Positions 27,819 to 38,539 are shown, numbered from the stretch's first letter. The stretch: DNA of 64,000 nt from Patescibacteria group bacterium (GCA_004321885.1 SCQK01000007.1:150540-214539); one strand, 5' to 3'. Made by a program: numbers and translations. Notes: generated by a model not told the origin, from the letters alone.

Positions 27819-29375
27819 TTAAAAATTTGTCAAAATATCTTTTATTAAAGGCACGATGATATTTTTTTGATAGAAGTACGCGTTGGTTGGTTTTTTGGTA
27901 ATAGGGAAGATTAAAGACGGCACCAACAATTCCTGACTCGCGTTGTCTTTATAAGTCCAAATCTTTACCAGCTCCACGCTCGGGGTGCCCAGTTCAATTT
28001 TGACTACGCGGGCATTCGGGCCCTGCTCGGCGGCGTAAAACTCCTGACGCCAGCCCCCGGCCTCGGCCAGTTTTTGCAAACGGCTCGCGTCTTTTTCCGC
28101 GGCATAGCCCGAACTTTCATATTGCTGGCTGGTCAAGTTGTACACATTTTGCACCGTCAGGCCGTGCGCGTTCACGGCCACACTTAAACCACTTTTGTAA
28201 CCAGACTCTTCATATATATTCTTGCCTTCCACTTTGAGCGGATAAATTACAGTGAGGGAATCGGGCGCGTAATATTCGGCCGTACCAGAATCTTTTACAG
28301 CCGCCACTCCGTAACCGATCAGCCAGTCCTTTTGTATTTCGGGCGGGCCGTAGCTGTCGGTCGGTATGCCGTAGTCCCGCAAAAATTTATCGGCCGCCGC
28401 GATTATTTTATCGTCGCCCGGCAGATCCGAAACCCGCAAGGGTTTGTAGTACTCCGGAGAAACCACCATATCGCTGGACCTTGTCCAATTGCTCCAATTC
28501 TGATTTATGGAAACCGAACTCTCATTCAAGTCAACATAGACCGAGTAGCCGCGGTCGCGATTCTCGCTAAAACTGATGTTTTGCACCTTGATGCCGGAAA
28601 ATTTGTTCCAATCAATGCCCAGCCGTGCGCCCGAAAGCAAGGAAGAAAGCTGGCCAAACGAAGCATCGCCGCCTTTGATTCTTTTCAGCACCTGCATCGT
28701 CCCGCTGTCATCCTGTCCACCATTGTCATCCTGAACTTGTTTCAGGATCTCCATTATCGGTTCGCCTTTATATGCATATTTATACACGTCATAAACCGGA
28801 TAGTCGGGCGCTATCGTCTTGCCGGGTTCGGCAATGCCTGTGGCAACACCGGCGCTGCCCCGGCCATACGCGGCCACGGGGGCCGAAGGGGCTGGCGAGC
28901 CCAGGGCAATCTCCCTCTTCTCCTGTTTTTGCGCAGGCGCGGGTGCGGCCGCGTCCGGGCCGGCCGTTGCACCAGCCGCGGCTTTTTCTTCTAACAGCAG
29001 ATTGCCAAACGCGTTGTCGGCCAGTTTGGTCACGCTCGTTTGCGCGTTCTTTAAATCGAACAATCCGGGCCTGATATTATTTTTCACAAAAGAAAAAACC
29101 AGCAAAACCGAAGCCGCTGCCCCGGCGCCGATAAAAAGCCAGGAGAGCGGCTGAAAGCGCCGGGCCGGACGCGCCCGGGCCAAACGCGCGCCAGCTTCCA
29201 GCTCGTTGGCTCGCGTCAGTAAACGCTCGCGTAAAGCCAAACGAAATTTTTCATCAAACTTCGTGTCCGGCCGAGACGCCAGCAGTTCGTTGATAATTTT
29301 TATCACTTCCTGTTCGCGCGAACGCAACTCCGGCTCCATCGCATACAAATCGTTTAATATTTTTTGAATATCCAT
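27819..29375 (-). CDS. putative anti-sigma factor (cytoplasmic N-domain, one TM, large extracytoplasmic domain)
   Basis: 22-nt overlap with the upstream ECF sigma gene; topology typical of anti-sigma factors; contains an in-frame GTCATCCTGAACTTGTTTCAGGATC element. Confidence 0.45.
   Translation of the reverse strand: MDIQKILNDLYAMEPELRSREQEVIKIINELLASRPDTKFDEKFRLALRERLLTRANELEAGARLARARPARRFQPLSWLFIGAGAAASVLLVFSFVKNNIRPGLFDLKNAQTSVTKLADNAFGNLLLEEKAAAGATAGPDAAAPAPAQKQEKREIALGSPAPSAPVAAYGRGSAGVATGIAEPGKTIAPDYPVYDVYKYAYKGEPIMEILKQVQDDNGGQDDSGTMQVLKRIKGGDASFGQLSSLLSGARLGIDWNKFSGIKVQNISFSENRDRGYSVYVDLNESSVSINQNWSNWTRSSDMVVSPEYYKPLRVSDLPGDDKIIAAADKFLRDYGIPTDSYGPPEIQKDWLIGYGVAAVKDSGTAEYYAPDSLTVIYPLKVEGKNIYEESGYKSGLSVAVNAHGLTVQNVYNLTSQQYESSGYAAEKDASRLQKLAEAGGWRQEFYAAEQGPNARVVKIELGTPSVELVKIWTYKDNASQELLVPSLIFPITKKPTNAYFYQKNIIVPLIKDILTNF
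28706..28749. repeat. GTCATCCTG...GTCATCCTGAACTTGTTTCAGGATC palindromic element in frame in the anti-sigma-like gene (translated [10 protein letters not shown])
   Basis: Identical 25-mers at 37280-37304 and 63646-63670. Confidence 0.75.
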
Positions 29376-29944
29376 AGTGCGAACAAAATTATTAATTCAA
29401 GAAGCGGCATTTCGGCGCGCAATTTCGCCATCACCCGCGAAAAGCTCATCCGGCAGCTCTCGGCGCTTTTGCCCAGCGCTTCGGCAATCTCTTCATAAGG
29501 CATTTCCTGCCACACCCGCATGATAACGATTTCTCTTTGCGTCGGCTCCAGTTTGCCCAGATATTTTTTTACTTTTTCCAGCGTGTCTCGCGCGTCTATG
29601 GCGCTATCCAAATCAACGTGTTCCCCTGCCTTGCCGGCAGGCAGGCCTAAATCCCAAACATCCTCTATATTCACGTCTGCTTTTTTCACGCGGTAATAAT
29701 CAATCACCGTGTTGCGCGCGATGGCATAAAGCCAGGCCGAAAAAGTGCCTTTGTCCGGGTCAAATTTTTTTACGCTTTCCAGCCCTTTCATAAAAACCTG
29801 GCTGACAATATCCTCGGCCGTTTCTTTGTGCCAGGTTTTGAAATACACGAAGTCATAAATCTTCTTCGCATATTTATCATAAAGAAGTCCAAACTGCTTT
29901 AATTCCCCTTTTTGACATTGGCCTATTATCTCCCTGTCTTCCAT
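29354..29944 (-). CDS. ECF-type RNA polymerase sigma-70 family factor
   Basis: Sigma regions 2 and 4 (FSAWLYAIARNTVIDYYR). Confidence 0.75.
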   Translation of the reverse strand: MEDREIIGQCQKGELKQFGLLYDKYAKKIYDFVYFKTWHKETAEDIVSQVFMKGLESVKKFDPDKGTFSAWLYAIARNTVIDYYRVKKADVNIEDVWDLGLPAGKAGEHVDLDSAIDARDTLEKVKKYLGKLEPTQREIVIMRVWQEMPYEEIAEALGKSAESCRMSFSRVMAKLRAEMPLLELIILFALWIFKKY

Positions 29945-29977
29945 AATAAAACGAAAAAAACAAAATGATGTAACCGC

Positions 29978-30982
29978 CTATTTGCGGTTGCGATAAAGGA
30001 AATCAATAAACTTGGCGGCCAGCATGTCGGCTCCGGCCGTATTCACGTGCCCGCCGTCATTTTCCGCCCAGGACTGGTTCAGGCACAAGTGATTCACCCC
30101 GTCGTCGGCCTTATTGACGCACAGCTCGCCGTTGTTGTTCATGCTTTCCAACGTGGCTATGTCAAAAACCTGTTCGGCCGGATAAGCCTTCCTCAATTTG
30201 TCATTCCAGGCTTCGCGCAAATCATTGTGGCTGGCCGCGTCGCCGGCCTCTCCCAGCGGCGCTGTCATGTGCAAAAATTTCACGCCGGGAAATTCCTTTT
30301 GCAATGCCGCAATGGTGGATTGATAGGTCTCAAAACTTAGATTGCCGGGAAAATCCACGAAGCATAATTTCATCAGGACCAGGTCAACATTGGCGCCAAT
30401 GCCGCCGCGCAATTTTTGCGCGAACGCGTCAAGCTTTGATTGCGGGTCTTCGTTTTCGCCGATATTATTATTGCCGATTATACCGGGCCTTAAATCCGCG
30501 GCCCTGGCGATTTCCACCACGCTCACGCCGCTGTTTGGATTTTTCTCCAAAACCCTGTTCACCCCGTCCAAAATTTGCGCACCTACCGACTGGTGGCCAA
30601 ACCAAATTCTGTCTTTGGCAAGCGAGCTCAACTTTTGCGCCAGAGTTGGCGTTGCTCCCGGCGGCAATACCGGCGCTGGCGCTGGTTTGGACGCAATTTT
30701 TTTCGCGGTCATCGCGCGAACTTTATCAAACGGCACCCGGGCGAGCGTTTTCGCGCCCACTTTTTTCACCGCGCTCCACGATTTGAAATACGTAAAGAAA
30801 ATTTTCGGGGCAGGAAATATTTTCTTCGTGCATTTGCTTGTCACATAGTACACGGCTTTACTCGCGCTTGTCTTGTAGGCCTTGTTTACCGGCAAAGCGC
30901 AGGCGGCGCTGGCGCTGTTTGTCGCGATAAAAATACCGGCCGCGATGGTTAACCCCGCCAAAATTGATGGTGTTTTTCCCAT
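29978..30982 (-). CDS. secreted SGNH/GDSL-family hydrolase
   Basis: Signal peptide; block III GNNNIGEN; block V DGGHVNTAGADMLA. Confidence 0.5.
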   Translation of the reverse strand: MGKTPSILAGLTIAAGIFIATNSASAACALPVNKAYKTSASKAVYYVTSKCTKKIFPAPKIFFTYFKSWSAVKKVGAKTLARVPFDKVRAMTAKKIASKPAPAPVLPPGATPTLAQKLSSLAKDRIWFGHQSVGAQILDGVNRVLEKNPNSGVSVVEIARAADLRPGIIGNNNIGENEDPQSKLDAFAQKLRGGIGANVDLVLMKLCFVDFPGNLSFETYQSTIAALQKEFPGVKFLHMTAPLGEAGDAASHNDLREAWNDKLRKAYPAEQVFDIATLESMNNNGELCVNKADDGVNHLCLNQSWAENDGGHVNTAGADMLAAKFIDFLYRNRK

Positions 30983-30998
30983 ATTCGAAATGAGTGAG

Positions 30999-31028
30999 GG
31001 AAATAATCAAATGCATTTGATTATTTCC
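30999..31028. promoter_or_regulatory. perfect 30-bp palindrome GGAAATAATCAAATG|CATTTGATTATTTCC in the divergent intergenic region
   Basis: 17-46 nt upstream of the SGNH hydrolase start; candidate dimeric-regulator operator. Confidence 0.45.
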
Positions 31029-31187
31029 GAACGAATGAGAATATATGTGGCGTAGCCCCTATATAATTTTATTAAAAAAATATTAAATAAACGACTGGTA
31101 AAACCCGCCTTTTAACCCATTTCGACGCTTGCCTTATCTCCCAATTTATGATAAACTATTTCTATAATTTTTACCATAGCTTCGCGT

Positions 31188-31802
31188 ATGCACATCTCCT
31201 GGCTGGGACAAACCTGCGTCAAATTGCAAACCAAAAATCTGGATGAAGACGTCGTTATTTTGATAGACGCTTACAAACCGAAGCGCGGTGAATTTCCGCG
31301 CAATTTCGGACCGGCCATTGCCATGTTTTCAAGCGGCGCCGAAAACGCGGCCACTGTTTCACAAAACGCTTTTACTGTAGACACCCTCGGCGAATTTGAA
31401 ATCAAAGATTGTATGCTCTATTCCATGCCCGGCGGCGCGGATAATTTTGTTTTCAAAATCGGCGCCGAGGGTTTGTCCGTGGTCCACTTGGGACGGCTCA
31501 AAAAACCGCTGGAAAACGGCGAGCTGGAAAAAATCCTTAGCCCGGATATTCTCTTCGTGTCGGTTGGCGGCGGTCCGGATTATCTGGAGCCGAAAGATGC
31601 GGCCGCCATGATAACGGCGCTGGAGCCGCGCGTCATCATACCGACAGGGTTTAAATGCGATACCGACCCTGATGCCAAACCGCTTTCCGCCTTCATTTCC
31701 GCCATCGGGCTCAAACCAGAATCGGCGGAAAAAAAGGTGATTATAAAAAAGAAGGACTTGCCGCAGGAAGAAACCAAACTGTGCGTTTTGGAGAAAGAAT
31801 AG
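31188..31802 (+). CDS. MBL-fold-like protein lacking the HxHxDH motif (hypothetical)
   Basis: Weak resemblance to the UPF0173/MBL superfamily. Confidence 0.3.
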   Translation: MHISWLGQTCVKLQTKNLDEDVVILIDAYKPKRGEFPRNFGPAIAMFSSGAENAATVSQNAFTVDTLGEFEIKDCMLYSMPGGADNFVFKIGAEGLSVVHLGRLKKPLENGELEKILSPDILFVSVGGGPDYLEPKDAAAMITALEPRVIIPTGFKCDTDPDAKPLSAFISAIGLKPESAEKKVIIKKKDLPQEETKLCVLEKE

Positions 31803-31803
31803 T

Positions 31804-32139
31804 ATGCCACGCAAAAAATCAACTCCCAAAAAATCAGAACCCGTCAGCCAAATGATCTATGTTTCCAACGAACCGGCCCGCAAATGGATGTGGCTGTTGG
31901 TGGCTATTTTCGTCATACTCATCGCGGCGCTGTGGGGTTGGTCATTCAAAGTCAGGCTCGCATCTTTTAGCTGGCAAAACACTCCTGAAAACAAGCTCGT
32001 GGAAAAAAGCCAGAACGACTGGGACGAACTATTTCGCGAAGCGGAAGCGAATCAAAATAAAACCATTTTGGAAGAACAAGTAAAAAATTTAATCAAACAA
32101 ATATCCGTCACCTCAACGATAAATAGCGCCACACCTTAA
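31804..32139 (+). CDS. small membrane protein (hypothetical)
   Basis: One TM helix; tight spacing with flanking genes. Confidence 0.35.
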   Translation: MPRKKSTPKKSEPVSQMIYVSNEPARKWMWLLVAIFVILIAALWGWSFKVRLASFSWQNTPENKLVEKSQNDWDELFREAEANQNKTILEEQVKNLIKQISVTSTINSATP

Positions 32140-32141
32140 TT

Positions 32142-35100
32142 ATGCAAGCAAAAATTGAACTGCCCAAGGCGCCAATCGGCGCTATCACTCCCGCGCCCAT
32201 CGTGGACGAGATGCGCAAATCATATCTGGAATACGCCATGAGCGTGATTGTTTCCCGCGCCCTGCCTGACGTGCGCGACGGCCTCAAACCGGTGCACCGC
32301 CGCATTTTGTACGCTATGTGGAACATGGGCCTGCGCCACAACGCCAAGTTCCGCAAATCGGCGCACGTGGTCGGCGAGGTGATGGCGAAATACCATCCGC
32401 ATGGCGACTCGGCAATCTATGATTCCATGGTGCGCATGGCGCAGGATTTTTCCATGGGCCACACGCTGGTGCACGGCCAAGGAAACTTTGGCTGTTTCAC
32501 AAAAGATACCAAAGTCAAATTAACTGATGGCCGTGGTTTGAATTTTGAAGATTTAATCAAAGAATACGAATCGGGAAAGAAAAATTTTACTTACTCCATA
32601 AACAATTCCGGTCTAATTTCCATTGCCGAAATAAAACATCCCAGATTAACCAAAAAATCCGCTGAAATAATGAAGGTGGTATTGGATAACGGCGAAGAAA
32701 TCAGATGTACCTTGAATCACCTGTTCATGTTAAGAAATGGAAGCTACAAGGAAGCAAAAGATTTACAAGCCGGTGAATCGCTGATGCCCTTGTATCAAAA
32801 AATTTCCGAAAAAACCGACAAGTTAAACCGCGAAGGATACATCTTAATCCACCAAAACAAAACCGGCGAATGGGTGCCGGCCCACCACTTGGCGGATAAT
32901 TTTAATCTGAATGAAAAAAAATATGCTATAACGCGCGGCAGAGTTCGTCACCATGTTGATTATAATAAATTAAATAATAACCCGGACAATATCATTCGCA
33001 TGCGCTGGGGCGAACACTGGAAAATTCACTACTCGCACGCGAAAGAAATGCATCAAAATAATGAGTACGTAAAAAAACTTGCCGATGGCAGAAAAAAATT
33101 CTGGGCCGATAATAAAAATAGGAAAAAATACGCGGAAAGAATTTCTGTCCGCAATATTAAGAATTGGAAAAATTCGGAATACCGCGAAAAAACGCGTCAA
33201 TTCCTTAGCGAAACAAACAAGGAGTATTTAAAGAACCATCCGGAAAAAATAGCTGAAATTAAAAAGACGGCTTCGGCCACTTTTAAAAAATTATGGTCAA
33301 TACCTTATTATAAAAACTTATTCCACGATAAGATCGTCGCCGCGAACAAAAAAAGAATATCCAACAATACTGGCAAGAAAAAATTCTTGACTATCTGCAA
33401 AGAGGCGTTAAATCGCTTTAAGACAATTAATGAACAATCATACGAGCATGCCCGAAAAAAAGTTTACCCATATGGACGCGCTACGATGTGGCAGACCGGC
33501 TTCAAAAAATACTTTGCTGAAAATTTGGATACACTGACGCAAGAAGCGGTAAAAAACCACAAGGTGACCAAAATTGAATTTTTGAATGAAAAAGAAGATG
33601 TGTTTGATATTACGATTGATAAGTGGCACAATTTCGCTTTGGCCTCCGGAATTTTTGTACATAACTCAATGGACGGAGACAACGCCGCCGCCTACCGCTA
33701 CACCGAAGCCAAATTGGAATCATTGGCCGAAGAAATACTCGCCGACATTGACAAGGAAACGGTAAACTTCGTCCCCAACTACGATGGCTCGCACAACGAA
33801 CCGACCGTCCTGCCGGCCAAGGTCCCCAACCTCTTGCTGAACGGCACAGTAGGTATTGCCGTGGGCATGGCCACTTCCATTCCCCCGCACAATCTGGGCG
33901 AACTCTGCGACGGCCTGATAAAACTGATTGACGACCCGGAAACCACGGTGGAAGAACTCTCGGAAATAATCAAGGGGCCGGACTTCCCCACCGGCGGCAT
34001 CATTTACAATAAAAAAGATATTTTGGCCGCCTATTCCACGGGTCGCGGCGGCATTGTCATACGCGCCAAAGCGGAAATACAGGAAAGCAAATCAGGCCAG
34101 TTCCAAATCATAGTGAGCGAAGTGCCTTACCAAATAAACAAAGCGGCGCTGATAGAAAAAATCGCCGAGCTGGTGCAGGAAAAAAAGATAGACGGCATCA
34201 AGGACCTGCGCGATGAAACCAACAAAGACGGCGTGCGCATCGTTATTGAACTAAAAAAAGATTCATATCCGAAAAAAGTTTTAAACCGCCTGTTCCAGCT
34301 CACCGAACTGCAGACCACTTTCCACACGAACATGCTCGCTCTGGTGGACGGCATCCAGCCGCGCGTTTTGAATCTCAAAAACGTCTTGGAAGAATTCATC
34401 AAACACCGCCAGGAAATAATCCGCCGGCGCACCGAGTTTGACTTAAACAAGGCCAAGGAGCGCGCCCATATTTTGGAAGGCCTGAAAATGGCGCTGGACA
34501 AAATTGACGCCGTGATAAAAACCATCCGCGCTTCCAAAGACAAGGACGAGGCTAAAAAGAACTTGATGTCCAAATTCAAATTCACCGACCGGCAGGCCGT
34601 GGCCATTTTGGAAATGAAACTGCAGCAGCTGGCCAATTTGGAAAGACAAAAAATTGAGGATGAATTGAAAGAGAAAAAACTGCTGATAAAAGAGCTGGAA
34701 TCAATACTGGCTTCCAAAACTAAAATTCTGCAAATAATCAAAAAAGACACGGCCGAGTTGAAGGCCAAATACGGCCGCGAACGCGGAACGCAAATAGTAA
34801 GCCACGGCGTGAAGGAATTCACCGTGGAGGACTTGGTGCCGAACGAACCCACGATTATAATGATTACCACCGACGGCTATATCAAGCGCCTGCCGCCGGA
34901 CACCTTCCGTCAGCAATCGCGCGGCGGTAAAGGCGTAATCGGCGTTACCACCAAAGAAGAAGACAGTGTGGAACACTTACAGGCAACCAACACGCACGAC
35001 AATATCTTGTTCTTCACCAACCGCGGACGCGTATTCCAGTTGATGGCCTATGATATACCGCAAGCCAGCCGCACGGCCAAGGGGCAGGCTCTAGTTAATT

Positions 35101-35780
35101 TTCTGCAACTGGCGCCCAATGAAAAAGTGACGGCCTTGCTGGGCATGAGCGAGCTGGAAAAAATTAAATTCCTGGTCATGGTGACGCGCCAAGGGCTGAT
35201 TAAAAAAACCGCGCTGGAAGATTTTGCTAATGTGCGCAAGAGCGGTCTTATCGCCATCAAACTGAAACCGAACGACAATCTGGAATGGGTCAAGCCATCC
35301 ACCGGCGCGGATGAAATATCCATCGTCACTAAAAAGGGTCAGGCTATCCGATTTAAGGAAAAAGACGTGCGGCCAATGGGGCGCGGGGCCAGCGGCGTGC
35401 GCGGCGTGCGCTTGCACACGGACGACGAAGTGATTTGTATGGATATCGTTGACCCGAAAAACGTCTCGCTGGAGTTGTTTATTGTGGGCGAAAACGGTCT
35501 GGGCAAACGCACTCCCCTGGCGCAATACAAAGTGCAAGGACGCGGGGGCAGTGGCATCAAGACCGCGGCCATCACGGATAAAACCGGATTCCTTATCCAC
35601 GCCAAGGTCATAGACAAAGTGGAATCGGCCGAGCACGATTTGATACTGATGTCGGCCAAGGGCCAGGTTATCCGCTTGCCATACAAATCTGTTTCGGTCT
35701 CGGGTCGCGCCACCCAGGGCGTGCGCCTGATGCGCTTCAAAGAGGGCGGCGACAAAGTGGGAAGCGTGACGTTGTTGTAA
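32142..35780 (+). CDS. gyrA: DNA gyrase subunit A, interrupted by an in-frame intein
   Basis: GyrA N-terminus to ...GQGNFG|C...VHN|[14 protein letters not shown]...; C-terminal beta-pinwheel. Confidence 0.9.
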   Translation: MQAKIELPKAPIGAITPAPIVDEMRKSYLEYAMSVIVSRALPDVRDGLKPVHRRILYAMWNMGLRHNAKFRKSAHVVGEVMAKYHPHGDSAIYDSMVRMAQDFSMGHTLVHGQGNFGCFTKDTKVKLTDGRGLNFEDLIKEYESGKKNFTYSINNSGLISIAEIKHPRLTKKSAEIMKVVLDNGEEIRCTLNHLFMLRNGSYKEAKDLQAGESLMPLYQKISEKTDKLNREGYILIHQNKTGEWVPAHHLADNFNLNEKKYAITRGRVRHHVDYNKLNNNPDNIIRMRWGEHWKIHYSHAKEMHQNNEYVKKLADGRKKFWADNKNRKKYAERISVRNIKNWKNSEYREKTRQFLSETNKEYLKNHPEKIAEIKKTASATFKKLWSIPYYKNLFHDKIVAANKKRISNNTGKKKFLTICKEALNRFKTINEQSYEHARKKVYPYGRATMWQTGFKKYFAENLDTLTQEAVKNHKVTKIEFLNEKEDVFDITIDKWHNFALASGIFVHNSMDGDNAAAYRYTEAKLESLAEEILADIDKETVNFVPNYDGSHNEPTVLPAKVPNLLLNGTVGIAVGMATSIPPHNLGELCDGLIKLIDDPETTVEELSEIIKGPDFPTGGIIYNKKDILAAYSTGRGGIVIRAKAEIQESKSGQFQIIVSEVPYQINKAALIEKIAELVQEKKIDGIKDLRDETNKDGVRIVIELKKDSYPKKVLNRLFQLTELQTTFHTNMLALVDGIQPRVLNLKNVLEEFIKHRQEIIRRRTEFDLNKAKERAHILEGLKMALDKIDAVIKTIRASKDKDEAKKNLMSKFKFTDRQAVAILEMKLQQLANLERQKIEDELKEKKLLIKELESILASKTKILQIIKKDTAELKAKYGRERGTQIVSHGVKEFTVEDLVPNEPTIIMITTDGYIKRLPPDTFRQQSRGGKGVIGVTTKEEDSVEHLQATNTHDNILFFTNRGRVFQLMAYDIPQASRTAKGQALVNFLQLAPNEKVTALLGMSELEKIKFLVMVTRQGLIKKTALEDFANVRKSGLIAIKLKPNDNLEWVKPSTGADEISIVTKKGQAIRFKEKDVRPMGRGASGVRGVRLHTDDEVICMDIVDPKNVSLELFIVGENGLGKRTPLAQYKVQGRGGSGIKTAAITDKTGFLIHAKVIDKVESAEHDLILMSAKGQVIRLPYKSVSVSGRATQGVRLMRFKEGGDKVGSVTLL
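32493..33665 (+). mobile_element. GyrA intein (391 aa) with HNH-type endonuclease motif
   Basis: Starts at Cys right after GNFG, ends HN before Ser+1; internal [16 protein letters not shown]...WGEHWKIH. Confidence 0.8.
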
Positions 35781-35826
35781 ATTTCGTATAAAAAAATCCC
35801 TCCGGAAATGCGGAGGGATTTTTTTG

Positions 35827-35898
35827 TGCCCTCGGCGCGAATCGAACGCGCATCACCAGCTTCGGAGGCTAGTGTCCTATCCATTGAACGACGAGGAC
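35827..35898 (-). tRNA. tRNA-Arg (CCG)
   Basis: GTCCTCGTCGTTCAATGGATAGGACA...; anticodon loop CTCCGAA. Confidence 0.75.
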
Positions 35899-36893
35899 TA
35901 AAATATCCGGCGCAATTTTCTTAACCAGCCGTATACCTTACACTTTTTTTTATTAATAATCAAGTCAAAAGTGCCCGGGGCTTCTTTGTAGGCGCCGCCA
36001 AAACCGAGTTTGAAACGAGTGACACCGGCGTATTGGTGGCGCGGTTCACCTTGCGGCGCGATACCGAAAAAATCATAAAACTTGTAGCCCAGCTTTTTTC
36101 CCAACTTAATTCCTTCCCATTGCAATAGATACGGGGCCATCAAATGGCGGCACGCGTAATCGGACGCGCCGTACAGATAAGTAAAGGTGCCACCAAACCC
36201 GACAAACACCGCCGAAGCTACGGGCGCGTTTTCGTGATAAGCCGTGAGCTGATAGACAAAATCTGAACTGATGACTTTTTTGTAATGCTCCTCCGGGTGG
36301 GTCTTGAAATTATCCCGCTTGGCCGTCTCTTTTTCCAATTTGATAAAAACATCCGCGTTCTTTTCGTTGGCGATTCGCAAATTTTTTCGCGCCGCCAAAT
36401 TTATATTGTAGCGCGTTTTTTGACCCATGCCGGCAAGCAGTTCATCCTCGGACTTGATTAAGTCCAAAATCAACGTGGCGCGAGGGGTGATGTCTATTGT
36501 CTTGTTCGCCCCCTCCGGAACCTGTTCCGGTTCAACGCGGAAAAACACGCACTTTTTGGATTTCAGATAATCAATCAAAGTCTTATATGTTTCGTCAAGG
36601 GATTCTTCGCTTCGCTCAGAATGACAATTGGAAATTGGAAATGCTTCACTTCGTTCAGAAAAAGGGAAATTGGAAATTCCAACAGGTCCTTTGGGGCAAA
36701 AGGCGTATTTCCAGCCAAACGGCAAATCAACGTACACAATCTGGGCCCAAGCCAAAACAGCGCCGTTTTCCTCTATTTCCAAACGCTCAACTTTTTTGCC
36801 CTCGGCAATCAAAATATCACCCCATTCCCATGATTGGGAAAAAGGCAGATTTTGAGGCCAATTCGCGCTATTTTCCACGACTCTCATCTGCAT
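35898..36893 (-). CDS. FemAB-family (peptidoglycan interpeptide bridge) acyltransferase-like protein
   Basis: FemAB-like core; heptamer-repeat insertion translated ISNFPFSERSEAFPISN. Confidence 0.45.
   Translation of the reverse strand: MQMRVVENSANWPQNLPFSQSWEWGDILIAEGKKVERLEIEENGAVLAWAQIVYVDLPFGWKYAFCPKGPVGISNFPFSERSEAFPISNCHSERSEESLDETYKTLIDYLKSKKCVFFRVEPEQVPEGANKTIDITPRATLILDLIKSEDELLAGMGQKTRYNINLAARKNLRIANEKNADVFIKLEKETAKRDNFKTHPEEHYKKVISSDFVYQLTAYHENAPVASAVFVGFGGTFTYLYGASDYACRHLMAPYLLQWEGIKLGKKLGYKFYDFFGIAPQGEPRHQYAGVTRFKLGFGGAYKEAPGTFDLIINKKKCKVYGWLRKLRRIF
36607..36680. repeat. composite repeat: CTTCGCTTCGCTCAGAATGACA arm plus GGAAATT heptamers (x2, x2) inside the FemAB-like gene
   Basis: gaatgacaattggaaattggaaatg...gggaaattggaaattcc. 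Confidence 0.7.
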
Positions 36894-36946
36894 ATTAGCC
36901 CCATTTTACCCCAACTCTCGCCAAAAAGCAATTTGAGCTCAACTAC

Positions 36947-36975
36947 TTGCAAAAATTGAGAATTTAATATATGAT
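36947..36975 (+). promoter_or_regulatory. promoter TTGCAA-17-TATGAT for the rpmF-nusB-rnc cluster
   Basis: Good -35/-10 match and spacing. Confidence 0.5.
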
Positions 36976-36990
36976 TACAAGCGTTTAATA

Positions 36991-37040
36991 CCCCTCCCAT
37001 GCCCCTCCCCTAAAAGGGGAGGGATGAAAAGTGGGGTTGC
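36991..37040 (+). promoter_or_regulatory. CCCTCC/GGAGGG double-hairpin element in the rpmF 5' UTR
   Basis: cccctcccatgcccctcccctaaaaggggagggatgaaaagtggggttgc. Confidence 0.55.
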
Positions 37041-37052
37041 TAATTTTATTCT

Positions 37053-37271
37053 ATGGGTCTTCCCGGACATCGCCGAACCTCTTCGGACAAACGGCGCCGC
37101 TCGGCTCATTTTGCTTTGACCGAGGTCAACGCGCAAAAATGCCCCAAATGCGGCACGGCCATTTTGCCCCATCGTGTTTGCGCTTTTTGCGGCACATACA
37201 AAGGCCGCCAAGTGATTGACGTGAGCAAGCGCGACGTCAGAGGCAAAAGACGGGCAAAGAAAAACAAATGA
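37053..37271 (+). CDS. rpmF: 50S ribosomal protein L32
   Basis: [18 protein letters not shown]-terminus plus CPKCG...[12 protein letters not shown] zinc ribbon. Confidence 0.6.
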   Translation: MGLPGHRRTSSDKRRRSAHFALTEVNAQKCPKCGTAILPHRVCAFCGTYKGRQVIDVSKRDVRGKRRAKKNK

Positions 37272-37279
37272 CACAAAGC

Positions 37280-37304
37280 GTCATCCTGAACTTGTTTCAG
37301 GATC
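37280..37304. repeat. GTCATCCTGAACTTGTTTCAGGATC element
   Basis: Identical to 28725-28749 and 63646-63670. Confidence 0.75.
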
Positions 37305-37317
37305 TCCATTTTATTCT

Positions 37318-37743
37318 ATGTCAAACCGCCATTTAGCCAGAAGCATAGCCATGCAAGCTCTGTTTGAATGGGATTTCCGCGGGCAACCGCCGGAATTTTT
37401 GGAACAGACAATAGCGCGCGACCTGGAAGAATTCGGTCCGGGCCTTGATGAACAAAAATTCGCGGAAAAAATCACCGAGGAGGTGCAAAAACACATTGGC
37501 GAAATAGACGCCCTGATAACAAAATACGCGCCCCAGTGGCCGATTGAGCAAATCACCGTGATTGACAGAAACGTTCTGCGCATCGGCATCTATGAATTAA
37601 AATTCGGCGAAGGCGTGCCCCCGAAAGTGGCCATCAACGAAGCGATTGAACTGGCGAAAAGTTTCGGCGGCCCGTCTTCGGGCAAATTTGTCAACGGCGT
37701 GCTGGGCGCGATTTACAACGACATGGAGAAGCCGAAAGAATAA
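37318..37743 (+). CDS. nusB: transcription antitermination factor NusB
   Basis: [14 protein letters not shown]; NusB fold length. Confidence 0.7.
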   Translation: MSNRHLARSIAMQALFEWDFRGQPPEFLEQTIARDLEEFGPGLDEQKFAEKITEEVQKHIGEIDALITKYAPQWPIEQITVIDRNVLRIGIYELKFGEGVPPKVAINEAIELAKSFGGPSSGKFVNGVLGAIYNDMEKPKE

Positions 37744-37751
37744 TTATATAT

Positions 37752-38522
37752 ATGACAAAAGCAATGACACTGCCTGAAGTGAAGGAAAAAGATTTTCCAG
37801 CTTTGGAAGAAAAACTGGGCATCAAATTCAAACACCGCGATTATTTGGCGCAGGCGTTCGTGCACCGCTCTTATTTGAACGAGCACCATGATTTTCCCCT
37901 GCATCACAACGAACGGCTGGAATTTTTAGGCGACGCGGTGCTGGAACTGGTGGTGACGGAATTTTTGTTCAAGGAATATTCCAACCCCGAGGGCGAGCTG
38001 ACCAACTGGCGCGCGGCCCTGGTCAACGCCAAAATGCTGGCCAGCATCGCCTATGAAATCGGCATGGAATCATATTTGTTTTTAAGTCACGGCGAAGCCA
38101 AAGACGCCGGCACCAAGGCGCGTGATTTTATCATGGCCAACACTATAGAAGCGCTTATTGGCGCGATTTACCTGGATAGGGGCTATGACGTAACCAGGCA
38201 ATTCGTGGCGCGCTGGGTACTCGTCAAATTGCCGCATGTTTTGGAAAACGGATTATACATGGACGCCAAGAGCCGCTTCCAGGAATCGGCCCAGGAGCTG
38301 GTGGGCGTTACTCCGTCTTATCGCGTTTTGAAAGAAGAAGGGCCGGACCACAATAAATTTTTCAAGGTGGGCATTTACTTAAACGGCGAACTCGTGGCCG
38401 CGGGCGAAGGCACCAGCAAGCAGGAAGCCCAAACCGAAGCCGCCGAAGCCGCGCTCAAAATCAAGGGCTGGAAGGGGCCGAAAATAAACGTGATGAAAAA
38501 AGAAGAAGGAGACGCGATTTGA
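37752..38522 (+). CDS. rnc: ribonuclease III
   Basis: ERLEFLGDAVLELVV catalytic signature; C-terminal dsRBD. Confidence 0.85.
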   Translation: MTKAMTLPEVKEKDFPALEEKLGIKFKHRDYLAQAFVHRSYLNEHHDFPLHHNERLEFLGDAVLELVVTEFLFKEYSNPEGELTNWRAALVNAKMLASIAYEIGMESYLFLSHGEAKDAGTKARDFIMANTIEALIGAIYLDRGYDVTRQFVARWVLVKLPHVLENGLYMDAKSRFQESAQELVGVTPSYRVLKEEGPDHNKFFKVGIYLNGELVAAGEGTSKQEAQTEAAEAALKIKGWKGPKINVMKKEEGDAI

Positions 38523-38539
38523 ATTTTCTTTACAAATCC

